Counted from the first letter of the stretch, positions 10,846 to 26,849 are shown. The stretch: 64,000 bases of DNA from the human T2T-CHM13v2.0 reference genome, Homo sapiens (GCF_009914755.1 NC_060928.1), one strand, 5' to 3'. Numbers and translations are program-made. The notes: generated from the letters alone by a model not told the origin.

Positions 10846-13800
10846 TCAGAGGAGGATGTGATAATGGTGGGGAGTCAGAAATGCTGCCAAAAGGAGGCAA
10901 TGTGGTGATGTCAGTTTTGGGTTTGGAAGGAAGAATAAACAGACAGATAGACAGATACATGTACCCCATCCCCCTTAGTTATTTATTTCTTACTTGACAT
11001 GATTTCCTTTGTGCAGGGGTCTATTAGGTCTGTGACCTCGCAAAGGCATTGTTATGGCAATTGTTAAAGTGATAGGATACCATTTGTAATGGTGTTTTCT
11101 ATATCAGGAAGCTGAGGGCCCTACAGACCAAGTTATACAAGCCAAGACATTGATTCTTAACCACAGGCAAGTATGCAAATATTAACAGTATTTTCTACAT
11201 GTGCATTCTGGCATCAATAGGGAGGCCACAGAGAGAAGAAAAAAACAAACAACAACTGGTCATTTGCATTCAGCCTAAGGGAGGAGAAAAGAACTAATAC
11301 ATTTTGAGCACATATTATTAAATATCTGCCATGCACACTACTAAGCATTTTTGCTTTGACTACTAGAACCCTATGAAGTAGATAGTATCTTCCTATTTTA
11401 CACACAGAGAGGTCATGTAAATAGTAAGGGGTAGAGACAAGACATAAACTCATTTATGCCTGCCTCCAGAGCCTATGCTCTTTTCATAATCCTTTGCAAC
11501 CTGGGAAGTCTTTGATATTTGATAAAATATCAGTATTTTACTTTTTTGTGGAAATCCCTTCTATGTTCTAATAGGATAATTTCAAACACAATTTTATTTT
11601 CTTCCAAATTACTAAAAATAAAACACAGGATCTTGTCATTTCTTGCCGAACATATTGCAATATAGCTAACTGGTCTGGTTTGGGTCTCTATGCCTTCTTT
11701 CTCCAATCACCCCAGCACAGCCATTGAAGTATGCACTTGCTTTCCCTCGATGAGAACTCTTACTCATCTTTGAACACCCTGGCTTAAAATGTTTTCTCTT
11801 GGGCAAGTATACCTGACTCCCAACAACAGAATTAATTATTGAATGCCTGTTCATTAATTTTCCCACAGTTTTTTTTTAAAACAGGTTTTAATACAACTCT
11901 TAATGTAGTCTAAGAATTTCTTTGTATAATATCTACTAGATTGTGAGACCCTTAATGAGACCTCACCTAAGTTGTAAGTATTAGTAATGGTCTCCAAGGA
12001 GGTTAATCTATTGGTGTTGATAAGGGAGGACTCTAAGGGTATCACATTTTGCTGTTCGGTTATCAGCTATGTGATCATGGGAAATCAACTCAATATTTAC
12101 ATGCCTTGGTTTCCCTTTGTACTTATTTGGAATAATCACAGTGCATTTTTGAAGGGTTAGAGTGAGGGAAACAATGGGATGGTTGAAGTAAGCTGTTGGT
12201 GTAGTGTTGACAGAAAACTAGTGCTCAATAAATGGCCTTTACTATGAACAATGAAATTATAAAATTGATTTTGTTAGATACACAATAGATAATATTTATA
12301 ATATCTGTATATAGTATTAAAAATGATATTTACCTACTCCCACATTTCCAGAACCTCCTTCAATATTGTCTGTCTAGCCCTCTGCCCAGTGGTATCCAGG
12401 AAAGTGAATTTTGCATTTATCAATTTTTTTGCTTATATGGTCTTGCTACATGAGAATGTATAGTGTGATAATTTATTATTTAATTTTACATGCTTTGGGA
12501 CACTATATAAATGGCAATGTATTATGTGTATTTTTTGCAACTTGCTTTTTCTCTCTCATTATATTTGGGACATTTATGCACATTGATCTGAGAAGTAGTT
12601 CAGTCTTACTCCTGTACAGTCTTTCATTATAGAAATATGCTATAGTTTATTGATTTATTGTCCCAACAAAGGAAATTTGGGTTGTTTTCAATGGTTTTCT
12701 TTTTTTTTCTTCTTCTTCTTTTTTTTCACTGACTGTTGCATTCATGGATATATATGTCTCCTGGTCCATTGTAGAAACAGGGTATACAATGGTATGTGAA
12801 TTACTCGGTTTTGGTGTATGTGCTTCTTTAATTTTAGTAGATGTTTCCATACTGTTCTCCCACCAGCACTGTATACACATTTCTGCTGAGCAACAACCTC
12901 TCCTACACTGGATACTGCCCGACTTTTAAATGTGTGCCAATTGTGTAGGTGTAGAATGGTGTCTCATTGTGGCTTTCATTTGCATTTTCCAAATTTTTAA
13001 CACTCTCTTACCTTTTTAAAGAAATGTTTACTAGCCATGTGTTTTCCCTTCTGTGAAGAAATTCTTCACATCTTTCATCAATTTTTCTGTAGTCTCGTTG
13101 GCCTTTTTAACGGAAATATTCAAATATAATTGCGGATTTCTTGCAGTTCTGTAAGTTTTTGCTGCGTGTATGTTGAAACTCTGTTATTTCATGGATAAAC
13201 ATTTAGGATTATTAGGGCACTACTCCTATGTGAGTTCTGAGTACTGTCACCTCTAATCCTTCGGGTGATTTTTCAATCAAACTCAGATGGTTTCTTCACG
13301 CATGTGCCTGGATAAGTATTCTGCATGCTCAAGTGCGACCTTCTATGGTTTTTGTTCTCTCTTTGGAACTCTTTCCCTCTTTGGTGCTCTGCCCTGAGAA
13401 TTCTAGACATCTTGGTCTCCCTGGGTCCTCAGCTTTGTCTCCTCAGCTTAAGAAGTCTGCCAGACTGTGGGTTTGTCCTCTCTGTGCTGTGTCCTGGAAA
13501 CTTCACAAGGTAACACGATGGAGCAGTTGTAGGGCTCATTTGTTCCCTGGCTGTGGATGATCCCTGTTCTTTGTTGTCTGAGGCCAAATGTCTTCAATTT
13601 CACTGTGTCCTATATTTTGTTTGGTTTTCAATTGTTTTAGGTGAGAGAGTAAATCTAGACCCTGTTACTACATCTTGGCAGGGAGAAGACATTCAGGTCT
13701 TTTGTATTCATTTTTAGGAGTTCTTTATGTGTTCCAGATAAAAGTTCATTATTAGTCATGTATGTAGCATATATATCCTCTTACTTTGTGCCTTGCATTT

Positions 13801-14684
13801 TAATTTCCTTAATGATTTCTTTTTGTAAATACTATTTCTTAATGCAGTTGAATTTCTGAGTTCTCCCCCTTTAGGTCTAAGCTCTTTGAGTCTTTTAAAG
13901 ATCTTATTCTCTAACCTGAGGTTACAAAAATATTCTGTGTTGTCTTCTAAACATTTTAGAGTTTTCCTATTTAATCCACCTGTTTATTGTGTATATGTGT
14001 AGTGAGTAGGCATCCATTTTCACGAAAAAATATATAAATCAATTTTCCCAGCATTATTTACTGAAAAGTCCCTCTTTACTGACTAGAATGCCATCTCTTT
14101 TGTATATTGAATTTTTTATATTGAATATGCATGGTATTATTCTGGGGTCTCTATTAAGTCCATTGATCTATTTATGTGGGCCTATGCCAGTGCCACGCTA
14201 AGCTACTTATTATAAATTTGTTCTAAATCTTAGTATATTTTAAGATAAGTTTCATACAATATTTTTTTGAGAGATTTTAAATACTCTTGGCCCATTTATA
14301 TTTCATACAGATTTTAAAATCAACTTACTAAATTCCTTTAAAAAACTGTTAGGACGGGTTGGAATTGCATAGCATTTATAGATCACTATTAAGAGATTCA
14401 GAATCTGGATGACATTGAATCTTTGTATTCATAAACATGATATTCCATAAACAAATATTTAGATATTCTTGAAAGAAAATTTTACTTCCTTTCTTATCTT
14501 TCAATAAAATTTTATAATTTTCTAGACAACATGCTTACACTTTATTATATATACATTTAGGTATTTTTGCTGCTATTTATATAAATGTTATATTTTATAA
14601 CTGTTACTTTGTATAGAATGCATTGTCCTTTATTAATTTTGTATCAAGCAAGTTTACTGAGCTAAACTCTATAAATTTTATTCT

Positions 14685-15107
14685 ATTTTAATTTATTTTA
14701 TTTTAAGTTCTGGGGTACATGTGCAGGATGTGCAGGTTTGTTACATAGGTAAACACATGCCATGGTGTTTTGCTGCACCTATCAATCCATCACCTAGGTG
14801 TTAAGCCCCACATGCATTAGCTATTTTTCCTGATGCTCTCCCTCCCCCCCATATCCCCTGCCCCAGTTAGGTCCCTGAGTGTGTGTTGTTTCCCTCCCTG
14901 TGTCTATATGTTCACACTGTTCTGCTCCCACTTACAAGTGAGAACATGTGGCGTTGGTTTTCTGTTCCTGTGTTAGTTTGCTGAGGATAATGGCTTCCAG
15001 CTCCATCCATGTCTCTGTAAAGGACATGATCTCTTTCCTTTTTGTGGCTGCATAGTATTCCATGTTGTATATGTACCATATTTTCTTGATCCAGTCTGTC
15101 ATTGATG
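14685..15107 (-). mobile_element. L1PA 3' end fragment
   Basis: ggggtacatgtgcaggatgtgcaggtttgttacatagg ... catagtattccatg, with T-rich tail. Confidence 0.9.
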
Positions 15108-16175
15108 TAAACCCTTATTCTTATAATTCATCCTTACATTTTTTTGGAGGTTTTACATAGGTAATCTTACAGTTAACAAATGATTGTTTTGTTTTGTTTT
15201 GTTTTTTCCTCTCTGGGGCTTATATTATTTAGTTAGTTTTATTTCAGTGTACCTCTAATTAACAAACCTTATGTAATGTTGAATAGAATTGATTATAGCA
15301 GACATCCTTGACTTTTTCTTGATCTTAAAAAGAATGTTTTTTAGCATGTAGGTTTTTTGTAACTATTAGTTACTACAATAGGGAGATTGCCTTTTATTTC
15401 CAATTTACTAACACTTTTATTCATGTATACATATATGATGTTAACATTTGTATGTATTGAGATGACCACACGGATTTCTATCCATTAATCAGTGTTTAAT
15501 TACATTAATGAATTTTCTAATGATAAACTAGTCTTGTATACCTGGACTATAACTCAGATTTGTAAAACATTCTTTTTTATACCTGTTCAATTTGGCAACC
15601 TGTTATTTTATTTAGCACATTTGCAACTGTGTTAATGAGTGAGATTGGCTTATGCTTTTTCCTTTATTGTAGTACCATTTTCTGGTTTGGTATCAAGATT
15701 ATACTAGTCACATAAAATGAAGAGAATATTTTTTTCTTTCTTATTTTCTGGGAGAATTTGCACAAGAGTAGAATTTTTTGTTTGTTTCATTTTTTAAATG
15801 ATTGTTGGAACTCAGTTGTAAAACCAACTGGTCTGGCATTTTCTTTGTGGAAGATTTTACTACCAATAATTAGTAACTACTGATTTAATTTCAAGTTTTT
15901 CATTTCTATTTGAGCCAACCTTGGTAAGTTATAATTTTCTAGATTTGTCATTTCCATCTAACTTTTCAAATGTATTTTATAAAGTTTTTAAAATAACATA
16001 TAGATGCTGTCAGTTTAACCTCTGCAGCTTCTTTAGCTATGTTCCCCTTTGCATTTCTAACATTTATTTTTACCTCCTCATTTAAATACATACACACCTC
16101 AGATGAGTTTCTATTTTCTTAGACTTTTTTTTAAAAACCATCTGCTTCTGTTAATCTCTATCCTGAGTTTTTTTT

Positions 16176-17805
<1,630 letters not shown>

Positions 17806-18705
17806 CCTGAGTTTTTTTTTCTATCTTATTATTTCTAATCTTACCTTAGTTTTTCTCTTTCTGTTTCTTAGTTTCTCCTTCTGTTTTCTTTACCATCTTT
17901 CTCTTCCTTCTATTTTTCCTCTTCCTCTTCCTCTCTTACGTGATTAGCTCAATAACGTTGAAGTTTGCTTGTTTTCTAATACATACATTAAGGCTTTCTG
18001 TTTTGTCAAGGCTTTCTATTTAAGTACCACTTAAACCAGATGACACAATGTTTTAATATTTTGTGTTATTTAGTTTTTATTATATTTTTGGTAACTACTA
18101 TTATTTATTCCTTTTTTTCCCTTAAGTTCTTCCTGTGTGCATTTTCATATTTCTGAACTTTTGGGGTTTCCTAATTATCTTTATTTATTGAATTCTAACT
18201 TAATTGGTCAGAAATTGTTATCTGTATTTCCTCAAACTTGAAATTTATGAAGAGTTTATTTACGGAACAATTTGTGCACAACTTTCATAGTGTTTTTTGT
18301 CTGCTTGAAAAGTATGTATTCTTCAATTATAGTGTTTGTTATTTTGCAATGTTATGTATATCAATTAGATCAAATCTGTTAATGTCTGACTCTTTTCAGT
18401 GGCTGAGAAAGGGGTTAGTTAAATCCTCCCATTTTGGAGGTGGATTTGACAACTTTTTTTCAGTTATGTCAATTTTTGCTTCACATATTTTGAAGCCATA
18501 TTCTCAGGTGCATGTATATTTAAAATAGTTTTATCATTATGTAGTGACCCATGTTCTCTCTAGTGCTGCTTTTTAAGTCTTTTTTAATGCTGTTTTATTT
18601 GGTGGAGGGGCAGAGTATCATATTTTGACTTTTGATTTTCTTATATCTCCATGTTTTCAAAGTGTGAGTATAGTAAATAGCATATCATTGGATTTTTAAA
18701 ATTTA

Positions 18706-18997
18706 ACAAACAATGCATGTTCTCACTCCTAAGTGGGAGCTGAACAATGAGAACACATGGACACAGAGCGAGGAACAGCACACACCAGGGCCTGTTGGGG
18801 GGTGGGGGTGAGGGGAGGGAACTTAGAGTACAGGTCAATAGGTGCAGCAAACCACCATGGCACACGTATACCCATGTAACAAACCTGCACATTCTTGTAC
18901 GTGTATCCCTTTTTTTTTTTTAGAAGAAATAAAGGAAAACTAAAATAAAAAAATTAAATATGGTACTGAAGCAAATAAACCACTAATAGCTGAAAAA
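18706..18997 (+). mobile_element. L1PA 3' end with a possible short 3' transduction
   Basis: catgttctcactcctaagtgggagctgaacaatgagaacacatgg...; two A tails; TSD AAAATTTA at 18698-18705 and 18998-19005. Confidence 0.85.
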
Positions 18998-19584
18998 AAA
19001 ATTTAGTCTGACAATGTTTGTTTTTTCACCGAGTTTACTTCATTGACTTAGATTGTTAGAATGGATCAGTTTTATTGTGTCCTACCATCTTACTTTATGC
19101 TTTTTATTTTGCTAACTATGTATTTTTCATTTTTTTATTTTCTTGCTCTTTTTTTTTATGTATTTACTTTTCCGCAGCTGTCATGATCAGTTAACTTCTC
19201 ATTGTGAAAGATGAGGATTTATCTCTTTGTTAGTTTTCTTTCCTTCTATCTTCCTATCTCCACTACTACATGAAAGATTCCAACACCATAATCCTCCCCA
19301 AATAATCAGATTTTAATTGTATTTAGATCAGTGGTCAGGGTTTACCTCATTGTAACCACTGAAACTTATTTACACCTGAACCACATAGTATACTATCATT
19401 ATTTTTATTTTCCAGAACAACATTTTCACACAAAGTTAATACTTGTTTTCTATTTGTTCATTTTGTTTTCTGTGTGTTTATTGCTAAATAAATCTAATAC
19501 TTTTTATTTCTATACATTTTCTCTCATTCTAACATACTAGATAGCCCTACTCATTAGTGATGTAAGGAATCTTTCATGTACTTA

Positions 19585-20355
19585 TCACTACTAATCATTA
19601 GGGAAATACAAATCAAAACAACAATGAGACATTGCTTCACACATAATATGATGGCTACTATTAAGAAAAAAAAAAGCAACAGAAAATTTCAAGTGTCAGC
19701 TAGGTCGTGGAAAAATAGGGCATCTTGTGCCCTGTTGGTGGGAATGTAAAATGGTGCAGGTGCTATGGAAAACAGTATGGTGGGTCTTCAAAAAATTAAA
19801 AAGAGAATTACCGTGTGACTTAGCCATTCCTCTTCTGGGTATATGCCCAGATGGTCTGAAAGTAGAGTCTTGAAGAGATACTTGCATATTATGTACATAG
19901 TAGCATTATTCAGAATAAACTGGAAATAACCCAGTGTCTATTGAGAAATGGTGGATCAACAAAATGTGGTATGTACGTGTGATGAGGTTTCACCAAGCCT
20001 TAAAAAGGAAGAAAATTCTGACTCACGCTACAGCATGAATGAAGCTTGAGGACATTATGCTGTGCAAAATAAATCAGTTACAAAAAGACAAATACTGTGT
20101 AATTTCACTTTTCTGAGGTACCTAGAGTAGTCAAAACCAGAAAGTAGAATGGTGGTTACTAGGGGCTTGGAGGAGGAAGGAATGTTGAGTAATTGTTTAA
20201 TTTTTGCAATGTTTTAGTTTTGAATATTTAAAAAACTCTGGAGAAATGATAGTGTTGATGGTTGCTAAACAATATGAATATATTTCATGTCACAGAACTA
20301 TACTCTTAAAAATGGTTATGATGGTAAATTTGATGTGTATTTTACCACAATTAGA
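19585..20355 (+). mobile_element. L1MB-like 3' end
   Basis: aatcattagggaaatacaaatcaaaac ... ggacattatgctgtgcaaaataaatcag ... gtattttaccacaat. Confidence 0.8.
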
Positions 20356-20553
20356 ACAATATTTTTGTTAGTTCACGATACACAATAAAATGATTACAGA
20401 TTGAATGAGGAAGCTTGGGTGGATTCAGACAAAAAAGATTGGCAAAATGTTGAAGACTGCTGCAGATGTGTGACAAGTACATGGGTTTCATGCTATTCTA
20501 CTTTTATGACTGTTGAAAGTCCCATGATAATTTATTTTTTTAAATAAAACTTA

Positions 20554-20996
20554 TGTAATGGTTAATTGTATGTGTCAACTTTACTGAGCTATGAGATGCC
20601 CACATAGCTAGTAAAATATTATTTCTAAGTGTGTCTGTGAGGGTGTTTCTGAAATAGATTAGCATTGGAATTGGTAGAGTGAGTGGAGAAGATTACTCTC
20701 ATCAGTGTGGGTGGGCATCATCTAATCAGTTGGTTTGAATAGAACAAAAGGCAAGGAAGGGAAAATTTGCTCTGAGCTGGACATTTATTTCTTGCCCTCA
20801 TACACTGGCACTCCTGATTCTCGGACTTTCAGACTTAGATTCAGTTATACCACCAGCTTAACAGCTTTCCTCGTTCTCCAGAATGCAGATAGAAGACTGT
20901 GGGACTTCTTGGTTTCCAAAATTGAGTGAGCCAATTACTATAATAAAACTATATATCTCTACCTTATTGGTTTTCTGGAGAACCCAGACTAATACA
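20554..20996 (+). mobile_element. ERVL solo LTR, MLT2-type
   Basis: tgtaatggttaattgtatgtgtcaactt ... ctggagaacccagactaataca; TSD actta/acata. Confidence 0.85.
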
Positions 20997-21139
20997 ACAT
21001 ACTAGATATTCTATTTGTATCATCTTCTTGAGGAAATAGCTCTCACAGCCTGTCGCCTGCTCAAACAGACTGGGTACTCCCTGTGTCTACTGCATAGCTA
21101 TCATCCTGGAAGTTTCCCTTTGCCTTTATACTCCTGCAT

Positions 21140-21362
21140 GAGTTTGCCAGGACTGCCAAAACAAAATACCTTTTGTCTGTGTTCACACATTCCTGATCTC
21201 TCTCTCTCTTTTTATAAGGACACTAGACATTTTGGATTAGACCCTCACCCTTATAACCTCATTTAACAATCATTACCTCCTTCAAGACCCTATCTCCAAA
21301 TCCAGTTACATTGGGGGTTAGAGCTTTAATATATAAATTTCGAGGGGCTACAATTTAGTCCA
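21140..21362 (-). mobile_element. MLT1 fragment
   Basis: ttataaggacactagacattttggattag ... ccctatctccaaat. Confidence 0.65.
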
Positions 21363-21366
21363 TATC

Positions 21367-21708
21367 TAATATGGTTTGACCGTGTCCCCAGCCAAATCTC
21401 ATCTTGAACTCTAGTTCCCATAATCCCCACATGTCATTGGAGGAACTTAGTGGGAGGTAATTGAAACACAGGGGCGGTTACCTCCATGCTGTTCTCATGA
21501 TAATGAGTGAGTTCATCTGGCTTTACTCTGCACTTCTCCCTGATGCTGTCATGTGAAGAAAGGCATGTTGGCTTCCCCTTCTGCCATGATTGTGAATTTA
21601 CTGAAGCCTCCCCAGCCCTGAGGGATTGTGAGTCAATTAAACCTCTTTCCTTTATAAATTACCCAGTCTCAGGTATATCTTTATTAGCAACATAAGAAGA
21701 GTAATACA
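21367..21708 (+). mobile_element. THE1 (C/D-like) solo LTR
   Basis: atatggtttg..ccaaatctcatcttgaa ... gtgagtcaattaaacctctttcc; perfect TSD atatc. Confidence 0.9.
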
Positions 21709-22907
21709 ATATCACTCAGTGATTTTGTCAATTTCTTCTCCTGAATTTCTTTTTTCCTGGATCCTAGATCTTTATCTTTCTTGATTACATCATTGTTTTA
21801 GTAAAATGTATCCTCCAGTAATATCCAAAGAGAGGAAATTTTTGAGAGCTCATGTATCTGAAAATATCTTTTTCCCATTCTCACACTTAATGGTTTGATG
21901 GCTGAATTGTGGTTACAAATATTGAGGAGTAATTTCCTCTCTCCACCCAAGTTTGAATCAAGCTAATTTTTTTGTTCTCTCTTTCTGCAGGTTGGGTTTG
22001 TCTCCAGTTTTTTTTTGCAAAGGATATGAAGTCCTTGCATACCAGCTTTTTGTGACCATCTCTATTTATACTTTTCATCTTTGATGCATCTTAGACTTTG
22101 TCTCCTTTCTCCCTTGTTCCACAAGCCATTAAAATGAAAGCTCAGATGGTCTGAACTTAGCAGACACTCCCAGTACAAAAGCCTGCATCACTACTCACAT
22201 ATGCATCTAAATTACCCCTCGCCCTTTGTGTTTGGGTCACCTAACCTCCTGCTAGAGTAACAATGCATTAAAAAGTGTATTTCCTATATGTAATCCAACA
22301 ATCATAATTGTTTGGAGAATGGCTCTGAGTATGCAGTCCACCTGGAAACAGTAGTCTTATTCATCATAAAGGACATCATGCTTTTAGAATGTGGGCATAA
22401 TTGCAACGGGAGAAAATTTCTAATGGGCAAATGAGTTATTAATATCATTCATATAGTAAGATTTACATTAAAACTACTAACAAATATTGGCCTTTATATG
22501 ATTTTTATCCAATTTCAGTTATAATTGTTAGTTATCAATTTGAAGATTAGTTTTTTTTAGAAACAATGTTGTTTAGTTCTGCTTTGTCTAGCCTAGTACA
22601 TGTGGAGAATAAGCGACTCCACCTCAGTACATGTTCCTGCTAAGTGACATTGACCTGTTAAAATTGTCAAAACTTGTTTGAGTTATGTTACTTGTACTGC
22701 TTTCCAAAATGTATAGATTATGTTTTGCACTTCTTAGTCTTGATAAATGAAGTAGTTTGGTCATCAGCTGACTTTTTCTTCATCACTCTGCGTAATTATT
22801 ACTAAGAGCAACATGGTCCAATGGCAGAATCTTAGACTTCTAAGATCTGAATACAAATCTTAGCACTGTTACTTCCTAATGGTGTGATCTTATTCAAGTT
22901 AGTTGTA

Positions 22908-24174
22908 AGTGATGTGGTGAAGCCCGCTTGTGCTGGCTCATGAGAGCCTATTGAGTTTTTGTGTGAGCTGATTCTTTAACACAGACTTTATTAAAAATTA
23001 CTTATATAAGCTTATAGGTAAATTATATCAAAAACAAAGTTAGTAAATACTTAAAATCATTACTTAACTAATTACCAAATTTCACTGTTTTCTATGGCCT
23101 TGAGGTAATTTAGATCTCTTGTATTTGAATAGGAGAAACACTGTAATATGGTGTGCTGCTACGGCTCTTCTTTTCCCAGCTCTGCCTTCACGGATATCAT
23201 GGTTGCAGAAATTGGCTGATGCTAGAAGTCATTATTTGATTTATTGTTTTGCTAGTTGTCTAGACCTTAGAAAGTGATAGGAAACATGTTAATAATATGG
23301 ATTCAACTTAAAAGTGTGTCATGTCTGTGGCTGTGGTGTTGTGAGTAGCACCAAAAATTGAGGAGACAGTTACCAGTGTTTGAAAACTGTTACCTGATTC
23401 AACAAAGAAGTAGCTCGTGTCAGTGGTAAAAAGTGAAGTTCTGGTACATCTTTTGTCTTCTTTTCCTTCTACCTGTGAATATAAGGAAAAATATTAACCA
23501 AAAGTCATATGATAACTACATGCATTTGTCAAATTACAACTGTAGGTTGGCTACTGATATGGTTTGGCTCTATGGTGCCCCCGCGCCCTGCCCCAAATCT
23601 CATCTTGAATTGTAATCCCCGTGTGTTGAGGGAAGGTCCTGTAATCCCCACACATCAAGGGAGGGAGGTGATTGGATCATGGGGGTGGTTTCCCCCATTG
23701 TTCTCATGATAGTGAATGAGTTCTCATGAAATCTGATGGGTTTGTAAGTGTTTGAAAGAAAGCGCTCCTCCTTCACTACTTCTCTCTTTTTTGCCACCTT
23801 GTGAAGAAAGTACCTGCTTCCTCTTCCCCCTGATTGTAAATTTCCCGAGGCCTCCCCAGCCATGCAGAACTGTGAGTCAATTAAACCTCCTTTGTTCATA
23901 AATTACCCAGTCTCAGATAGTATCTTTATAGCAGTGTGAGAACAGACTAATATAGCTACCAATATGACTTTGCCAAAAATCTAAAAGAGCATCCTATATG
24001 AGAATCAGTTGGTTATATGGAGTTCACAGAAAAGGGCATTGCATAGTTTATTATTTGTAAATTGTGTATTATGCATACTTTATATCAGCAAAATTGATAA
24101 TAAACATATATACATATAGGTCTATACTTATTTTTTAACATATAGCCAGTTAAATATATACCAATACACCATTG
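22908..24174. mobile_element. hAT-Blackjack DNA transposon, MER63-like, interrupted by an LTR
   Basis: Degenerate termini gtgatgtggtgaagcccgcttgtgctggctcatgagagcc and ...taccaatacaccattg resemble the MER63 TIRs. Confidence 0.6.
23555..23954 (+). mobile_element. THE1D/MST-type solo LTR
   Basis: tgatatggtttggctc ... cagactaatata; perfect TSD gctac. Confidence 0.9.
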
Positions 24175-25760
24175 CTTAAGCTGAGATTAAGCTTTTTCAT
24201 GTATTAAATCAATCATTCAAAACTATGAGCATCATACTTCAAAAATTTTAGTTTTGTGTTTGTTCCTATTTCATTCTATGAATACCACTCTTCTTTTATC
24301 CCCATTCCTCTAAACCCCATATGTAGACATAACTTGAGAGTCACTGGATTGTGTAAAACTATTTGCTTCTATAATTACATGGCTCCAAAGTAAAATACTT
24401 TCGAATATTCATAGCTTTTTTTGAATAGATATTTAGTATTCTACCTTGATATCAATGACCACTTTTGCTTTTGTCAGAGCTCCTTTTAGCAGCCTCTTCT
24501 GTATCCTCATGGCGCCGTCCATGACTTATCACTCCTGCTGTCCTGAGGTTGGAACTGGAGACTATACCTAATCCTTTTAGATCTGTGCACAAAATATGAG
24601 TATGTAGATGCTCAATGAGGTAATTGTTTTCATCTATTTTACTCCAGCTGTGACCTCTTTTCTTACATAGTAATTATAAGATATTATATATTAGGCTTAT
24701 AGAAAGGGATTGCCAAAAATGTAATAAACAGCCCCTCATATACCTTCTACCTTGTTTAATGAGTGAAACATAAGAGATGCATTTGAAGGCCCTGTAGACC
24801 CCTCCATGGTTCCACTTCCTTCTCTTTTCCTCAAAGGTAATCACTCACCTGAATTGATCATTCCCAGGCATGCGATACTTCTACCTCACATGTATATGCT
24901 CAGAATATACGTGGATTGTTACATATATTTTTAAATATATAAAATATGATAAACATACTGGATATGTTCTTTTATTAAATTAATGGACTTTATATTTTAG
25001 ATCAGTTGTAGGCTTACAGGAAAATTGAGCAGAAAGAGACCTCCTCTGACTCCAGCCCACACTTGGATAAATGCCCTTCCCTCGTTTCTGAAAAAGAAAG
25101 GGCCTTTACATTGGCTGTTACGTAAATTCCCCAAAACATGAGACACAACATAGTTCACTCTGGTATCCCCTGGGCTTGTTATCCTGCTTGACACATAATA
25201 TTTGTTGAGTCAAGGGCAGTATGAATGAATGAGTTTCAGATAGCAATATCGTATAAGCAGTGGTGGAAACCAGGGCTCCCTCCCCTCCAGAGATGGACTG
25301 GACCAGCACAGCCTCCATTGTCAGAGAATAGGAAAATAGGGTTTAAATGTCAAGGGCCACACATAAAGTCCCAAGATCCTGTCACGCATAAGGACAAGGC
25401 ATGTTAGTCATGGCCAGGGGGAATGTTTGCAAGGAGGAGATGTTTTCAACTCAGATATTCATAAGCCAGGGCCTGCCTCTGTTTACCAGCTGGGAGGTCT
25501 TCAGATAATGAAACATGAAAGCCTGCTATGCAGCGGCGCTATGCAATAATTTTTCATTTGCCACCAGTCAGCTTCAGGGATCAAGGACAGCTAAACACAT
25601 AATCCGCTCATGCATGTTATTTTAAAGGCTTATATTTTAAAGGTTATAAATATGGTACATTGAGTTAATGAGGTATGTTCTTTTGGTGACAAATATTTAC
25701 ATTCCACATATGCCTCTTGATGTCAAGAGTGTAACTGTTTCATTTTCTTCTTTTTCTCAG

Positions 25761-25988
25761 GAGGCTGGGATGCAGATGGAAAAGGCCCTTGTGTCTGGGA
25801 CACATTTACTCATCAGGGAGGAGAGAGAGTTTTCAAGAACCAGACTGGCGATGTAGCTTGTGGCAGCTACACTCTGTGGGAGGAAGATTTGAAATGTATC
25901 AAACAGCTTGGATTGACTCATTACCGCTTCTCTCTTTCCTGGTCACGTCTGTTACCTGATGGGACGACAGGTTTCATCAACCAGAAAG
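25761..25988 (+). CDS. GBA3: GBA3 coding exon 2 (228 nt, phase 1-1), GH1 N-terminal region [17 protein letters not shown]...[22 protein letters not shown]
   Basis: Polypyrimidine tract plus CAG acceptor ending at 25760. Translation shows the GH1 motifs (G)GWDADGKG and YRFSLSWSR. The exon ends AAAG|GCAAGT and joins exon 3 in frame (G+GA = Gly96). Confidence 0.97.
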
Positions 25989-26439
25989 GCAAGTGTTTCT
26001 TAAAAATAGAAGGTTGCAGCTTTAATTCAAGGTTATTGCTGCAGTCTGGCATAATTAATCCAGTATGCTATTCTGCAATGTAGCTTTCAAATTGCAAGTT
26101 TTTAGAGTGATTATGGGATAAATTTTTTGAAATGGGTTTGCATTAGTTTTCACAGTAATATTTTGGTTTTCTTTGACTGTTGAGATCTTTTCTGGGGGTG
26201 ATGAGTGGGAGGGAGGTTAGAATAAGTGTTTTATTATGTAACGTGAGTGTTAATCTGAAGGTAAATTTAAAAAATTTGTATTAAACTATTTTCAGTTGTG
26301 TAACCCTGTGATGAGTTATGAAAAGTCCTGAAGAACTTGAGATGATTCTAAGCACTTCAATTAGGGCTGAATTAGTGGAGCTAATTAACTAGCATGGGGT
26401 TAACACCAAGGCCCCTGGAGTTCACTTACTGAAGATTAA

Positions 26440-26640
26440 GTCCAGCTACATCACTTACTATCTGTATAAACATCTCTTGGGCATCTCTCAGTGCCTCAGT
26501 TTCCCCATGAACAGAAAAGAATGCTGTAATAGTGACTAATTCAGAGAGTTGTTGGAAGGTTAAATGAAATAATCTTTGTAAAGTGCTTAACACGGTTGCT
26601 AACATTTCAAAAGCATTTAGTAAGTGTTAGCTATTCTTCT
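26440..26640. mobile_element. MIR
   Basis: ctctcagtgcctcagtttcccca ... ttaaatgaaataat..tgtaaagtgctt. Confidence 0.7.
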
Positions 26641-26849
26641 TATTATGCCTTGTAAGTAAAAGGACCAGTCATTGCTCTATTGAATGCCTGTTATTTATGA
26701 GGCATTTTCACCCATTTTCTTTAATTCTCACCAACAGTAGGGAAGGCATAGTGATCATATTTTACAGAGGTGTATGTCCAAATCCACATATTTGGCAAAT
26801 GGCCGCTCAGTTATTTAAACCTAAGGTCTAGCTAGCTCTTTCTACAAAA

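Noticed and set aside
21367-23954. THE1-type LTRs as promoters for the CDC42 retrocopy
   Set aside because: Both point toward higher coordinates, away from the minus-strand retrocopy; antisense activity is not evident from sequence.
25889-26083. 64-aa ORF
   Set aside because: 3' half of GBA3 exon 2 plus intron read-through past the GC donor.
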